Source: an uncultured Candidatus Rokubacteria bacterium (lineage in GTDB: Bacteria; Methylomirabilota; Methylomirabilia; Rokubacteriales; CSP1-6). From it: a stretch of DNA of 64,000 nucleotides. Numbering within the stretch: the first letter of the stretch is position 1; each line of letters starts with the position of its first letter. The notes under the pieces are model-generated. The model was not told the origin of the DNA and ran no database searches. It saw nothing but the letters and a program-made list of their open reading frames with translations. Location of the stretch: NCBI GenBank assembly GCA_963758635.1, contig CAVWWD010000003.1, forward strand, positions 907,184 to 971,183, read 5' to 3'. The position numbers were made by a program, and so were the translations under genes. Below, piece after piece: positions 60,369-64,000 of the stretch.

Positions 60369-61769
60369 ATGGCGTCGCTGAGCCGGCAGCTCGCGCGGTG
60401 GGTGGCCGGCCTCCGGTTCGAGGACCTTCCCGCGGAGGTCGTCGATCGCGCGAAGGGCGTGACGCTCCAGGCGCTCGCCTCGGCCCTCCTGGGCTCCCGC
60501 ACGGCCGCCGGCCAGCAGGCCATCGCCTTCGCCGCCGAGGAGGACGCGGGCGTGCGGGCGGGCGCCACCATCCTGGTGGACGGCCGCACGGTGACCCGCG
60601 GCAGCGCCGGCTTCGCCAACTCCGAGCTGGTCTTCGCGGGCGGCAAGTGGGACACGTTCCGGATGCTGACCCATCCAGGCACCAGCATCGTGCCGAGCGC
60701 GCTGGTCGCCGCCGAGACGGCCGGCGCGTCGGGGCGGGACTTCCTCGCCGGCATCGCCGCGGGCTACGAGGTCATGGAGCGCATGGCCGCGGAGTTCATC
60801 CCCACCGTGATGGCACGGGGCTTCCACGCCGGGCCGGTGTTCGGCATCTTCGGCGCGACGGTGGCGGCGGCGAAGATCCTCGGGCTCACCGAGGATCAGG
60901 TGCAGAGCGCGATCGCGCTCTGCGCGAGCCTGGCCGGCGGCAACCTCGAGGGGCCGCGGGGCGGGGGCCGCGCGCTCCGCGAGGGCGCGGCGGTGCGGAA
61001 CGCCATGCTCGCGATCGCCCTCGCGCGCCAGGGCCACGTCGCGGGCGAGACCGTCCTCGAGGGCGACGCCGGGTTCTATCACGCGTACGCGGGGAGCAAC
61101 ACCGGCGCGCTGACCTACAGCTTCGTCGGCGACACGCGGGCGCGCCTCGACGGGATCGCCGCCGGGCTCGGGCAGGAGTGGCTGTTCCTCGAGACCCTCT
61201 ATCGCATCTACTCGACGGCCGGGTACAACATCGCCCACGTCGACGTGACGGCCCGGCTCTGCGAGGAGCACGACATCCGGCCCGCCGACGTGGAGCGGAT
61301 CGAGGCGGTGGTCAACTGGCTCGAGACCCAGTATCCGAGCCCGGCCTTCCCGAGCCGCCGGGAGGACCTCGAGACGCGGGTGGGCGGCACGACCTACTAC
61401 ACCGCCTACGGCTGCGTGAAGCGCGGCTTCCCGGTGCTGCGCGGCCACGCCGGCGACCCCGAGGCCGGCGACGATCCGCCCGAGGTGCTCGACCTCATGA
61501 GGCGCGTCACGCTGGTCCCGTCGCACCACATGACGCTCTTCGGGCCGTGCATCACCATCCACACGCGGGACGGCAAGAGCTACACCCGGCAGGGGACGGG
61601 GCGCGAGTTCATGTGGGACTTCGACGAGGAGGCCCGGCGGATCCGCGCCGTGATTCCCGGCCTTCCCATCCCGGCCGCGCGGTTCGAGGAGATCGTCGCG
61701 GCCTGCCGCGACCTCGACCGTGAGGACCGGGCCGACCGCCTCGTCCGCCTCACGCTGGCCTCGCCCTGA
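60369..61769 (+). CDS. MmgE/PrpD family protein (2-methylcitrate dehydratase-like)
   Basis: ORF 60318..61769 from ATG 60369 MASLSRQLARWVAGLRFEDLP. Confidence 0.75.
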   Translation: MASLSRQLARWVAGLRFEDLPAEVVDRAKGVTLQALASALLGSRTAAGQQAIAFAAEEDAGVRAGATILVDGRTVTRGSAGFANSELVFAGGKWDTFRMLTHPGTSIVPSALVAAETAGASGRDFLAGIAAGYEVMERMAAEFIPTVMARGFHAGPVFGIFGATVAAAKILGLTEDQVQSAIALCASLAGGNLEGPRGGGRALREGAAVRNAMLAIALARQGHVAGETVLEGDAGFYHAYAGSNTGALTYSFVGDTRARLDGIAAGLGQEWLFLETLYRIYSTAGYNIAHVDVTARLCEEHDIRPADVERIEAVVNWLETQYPSPAFPSRREDLETRVGGTTYYTAYGCVKRGFPVLRGHAGDPEAGDDPPEVLDLMRRVTLVPSHHMTLFGPCITIHTRDGKSYTRQGTGREFMWDFDEEARRIRAVIPGLPIPAARFEEIVAACRDLDREDRADRLVRLTLASP

Positions 61770-61852
61770 AGGCCGGCGTCGTCAGCTAGACTCGCGCGCT
61801 CCAGAACGTCATCCCGAGCTCATCGAAGATCCGGCGCGCCGACGCGGCGTGC

Positions 61853-63990
61853 TCAGGCGAGACGCCGAGCGAGCACCCGGTGGCAGTGACCGATCTCGGG
61901 TGGCGCGCCCAGCTCGAGCGCGGCGGCCAGCGCCTCCTCGGCGCGTGGCTGCGCCGCCGCGGTGTCGCCGTCAGCGAGCAGGATCTCCGCTTCCAGGCGC
62001 AGGAGCGGCGCGCAATAGCCCTGCGCCCCGCGCTCGGCCGCCGCGGCCGTGCCGGCGGCGACGACGCGCCGCGCGTCGGAGGTTCGCCCGCCCGCAAGGT
62101 AGGCCGCCGCCGTCACCGTCCCGAACCGCGTCCACTGCATGAGCGCTGGCGGCGTGCCGCTCGAAGGCGCGGTCGAGGTATTCGAGGCCGCGTGCCCGGT
62201 CGCCGGCGAGGCATCGGGCCCATGCCAGGTAGACGCCGTTGGCGAAGATGCCGTGCAGGACGTCGTGCTCCTCGGCGATGGCCAGGCCCCGCTCGAGGAC
62301 GGGAATGGCCGCCGGCAGGTCGCCGCGGAGCAGGTGCGTGTAGCCGAGGAACGCGTTGGCGAGCGCGAGGCTGGACGAGTGACGGATCTCCGCGGCCACG
62401 CGCAGCGCCTCGCCGCCTGTGGCGAGCGCGGCGTCAAAGCGGCCGAGCGCGGCCTCGACTTCCGATCGCCACCCGCACAGGCTGACGAAGATCGGGTAGA
62501 CGAGCCCGGGCTCGTGGCCGGCCGCCTCCGTGGCGAAGAGCCGGGCGCCCGCGTCGTGCTCGCGGATGGCCTCCTCGAGGCGGCCCATGTCGCGGTACGC
62601 GACGCCCATGACGAAGCGCGCGTAGCTGCGGGTCCGGAGGTCGGCGGTGTCGGCACCGGCGGCCGCCTCGCCTGCGAGCTGCAACGCGCTCGCCAGCGTC
62701 CCCGGGATCGCGTCCGCGAAGGCGATGGCCTGCGCCTGTCGGACCTGCACCTGCGCGAGCCGCGGTCCGGCCTCGAGACGGCGGGCCAGCGCCTCGACGC
62801 GTGCGCCCAGCTCGCCGAGGCCGTCCACGCGGTTCGTGGAGATCCGCGTGGACCAGAGCTCCAGGCACACGTCGAGCTCCAGCCGCGGGTCGGCGGCCTC
62901 ACCGAGGCGCTGCAGAGCGTCCATCGCCGCCTCGTAGAAGTCCACCGCCGGGCCGTGCCGCGCCTCCGCCTGCGCCTTGGCACCGGCGCGGTAGAGATAC
63001 GAGGCCGCAGGCTCCCACAATTCGCCGCGCAGGGCATGATGGGCGAGGACCTCCACGCTGATCGGGCCCTGTTCGCGGCTGCGAGCCTCGAGCGCGGCCA
63101 GCACGCCCGCGTGCAGCATGCGCCGCCGCTCGCGCAGCAGGCTCTGGTACGCGACCTCGAGGGTCAGCGCGTGCTTGAACGTGTACTCGAGCTCCGGGAA
63201 CAGGCTGGTCTCGTAGAGGAACTCGGCGGCCTGCAGCTGAGCGAGCCCGCGCCGCAGCTCGAGCGCCGCCATCTCGGCGACCGTCTCCAGGAGCGTGAGG
63301 GCGACCGTCTTGCCGATGACGGCCGCGGACTGGAGCAGGTGCTTGACGGGCGGCGGCAGCCGATCGATGCGCGCGGCGAGCACGGCCTGGACGGTCGCGG
63401 GAACGTGTGTCGTGTCGAGCGCCCTGGCGAGACGGAAGGAGCCGCGCTCGCCGACGAGGACACCGCTCTCGACCAGCGTGCGCACCGACTCCTCGAGGAA
63501 GAAGGGATTGCCCTCGGTCCGGTCGAGGAGCAGCCGCTTGAGCGGCTCGAGCGACCGGCTGGCGCCGAGGAGGCCGTCCAGCAGCTCCGCCGCGCTCGCC
63601 GTGCCCAGCGGATCGATGCGGAGCTGCGTGTAGTAGCTCTTGCCGCCCCAGGCGTGCCGGTACTCGGGCCGGTAGTTGACGAGCAGCAGCACGCGCGCGG
63701 TCGGCAGGCTCTCGACCAGGGTGTCGAGCAGCCCCTGCGTCTCGTCGTCGATCCAGTGCAGGTCCTCGAACAGGAGGGCGACGGGCTGGACGCGGCTCTC
63801 GCGCAGCACGAGGTGCTTGATGGCGTCGAAGGTCCGGTGCCGTCGCTCGACGGCCCCGAGCCCCTCCCATGACGGGTCGCCGCCGGGCGCGCCCAGCAGT
63901 ACCAGGAGCGGCACCAGGGCGGGCCGGAGGTTCTCGTCCAGCGTGAGCAGCTTGCCCGTGACCTTCTCCCGAACGACGCGCGCCTCGTCT
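61853..63990 (-). CDS. large signal-transduction regulator C-terminal part (NB-ARC/AAA-like ATPase + TPR); 5' end outside window; frameshift ~62150-62300
   Basis: ORF 61971..63914 stays open to the window edge; TPR C-terminus ...YCAPLLRLEAEILLADGDTAAAQPRAEEALAAALELGAPPEIGHCHRVLARRLA* is in the ORF 61853..63037 frame. Confidence 0.45.
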
Positions 63991-64000
63991 CGCTCCCCGA

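Overview
This is a very GC-rich bacterial chromosomal segment. The gene content (Tol-Pal system, GldG-type ABC exporters, TAT-signal proteins, Shine-Dalgarno sites of the aaggagg type) suggests a deltaproteobacterial or Myxococcota-like organism, but that taxon is a guess. Both strands are densely packed with housekeeping and metabolic genes.

Main operons and clusters:
- Glycine cleavage operon gcvT-gcvH-gcvPA-gcvPB followed by lplA.
- A complete Tol-Pal envelope operon on the minus strand: tolQ-tolR-tolA-tolB-pal-cpoB/ybgF.
- Other recognisable genes: lgt, fhs, pepA, rpsU, pxpB/pxpC next to a DUF1445 gene.
- Two paralogous GldG-type ABC exporter clusters (ATPase, ABC-2 permease, GldG-like, DUF4340).
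- A putative catabolic cluster at about 41.8-48.2 kb: DHOD-like, LLM oxidoreductase, DapA-like, 4-OT tautomerase, cupin, cyclase, AiiA-like lactonase.

The strongest non-obvious signal is at 26958-28042. Two adjacent, translationally coupled, signal-peptide-bearing thiol oxidoreductase genes each carry an in-frame TGA exactly at the catalytic cysteine position: an AhpC/TSA-type peroxiredoxin (T-x-x-U) and a TlpA/ResA-like thioredoxin-fold protein (U-x-x-C). Each TGA is followed about 10-12 nt later by a stem-loop. Both are therefore most simply read as selenocysteine (UGA-Sec) proteins that an ORF caller splits in two.

A second, pervasive feature is that at least 15 conserved genes are interrupted by single-base frame shifts (gcvPB, lplA, an ABC ATPase, pal, tolR, tolA, an OmpA-like protein, an LLM oxidoreductase, a cyclase with about four shifts, a lactonase, and others). 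This looks like uncorrected sequencing or assembly indels rather than biology, so CDS boundaries are approximate.

Also present: a short composite dispersed repeat family (two loci), and two ATGA-coupled mini-ORFs that duplicate the first codons of the downstream genes (pepA and a HupE/UreJ gene). No rRNA, tRNA or CRISPR was recognised.
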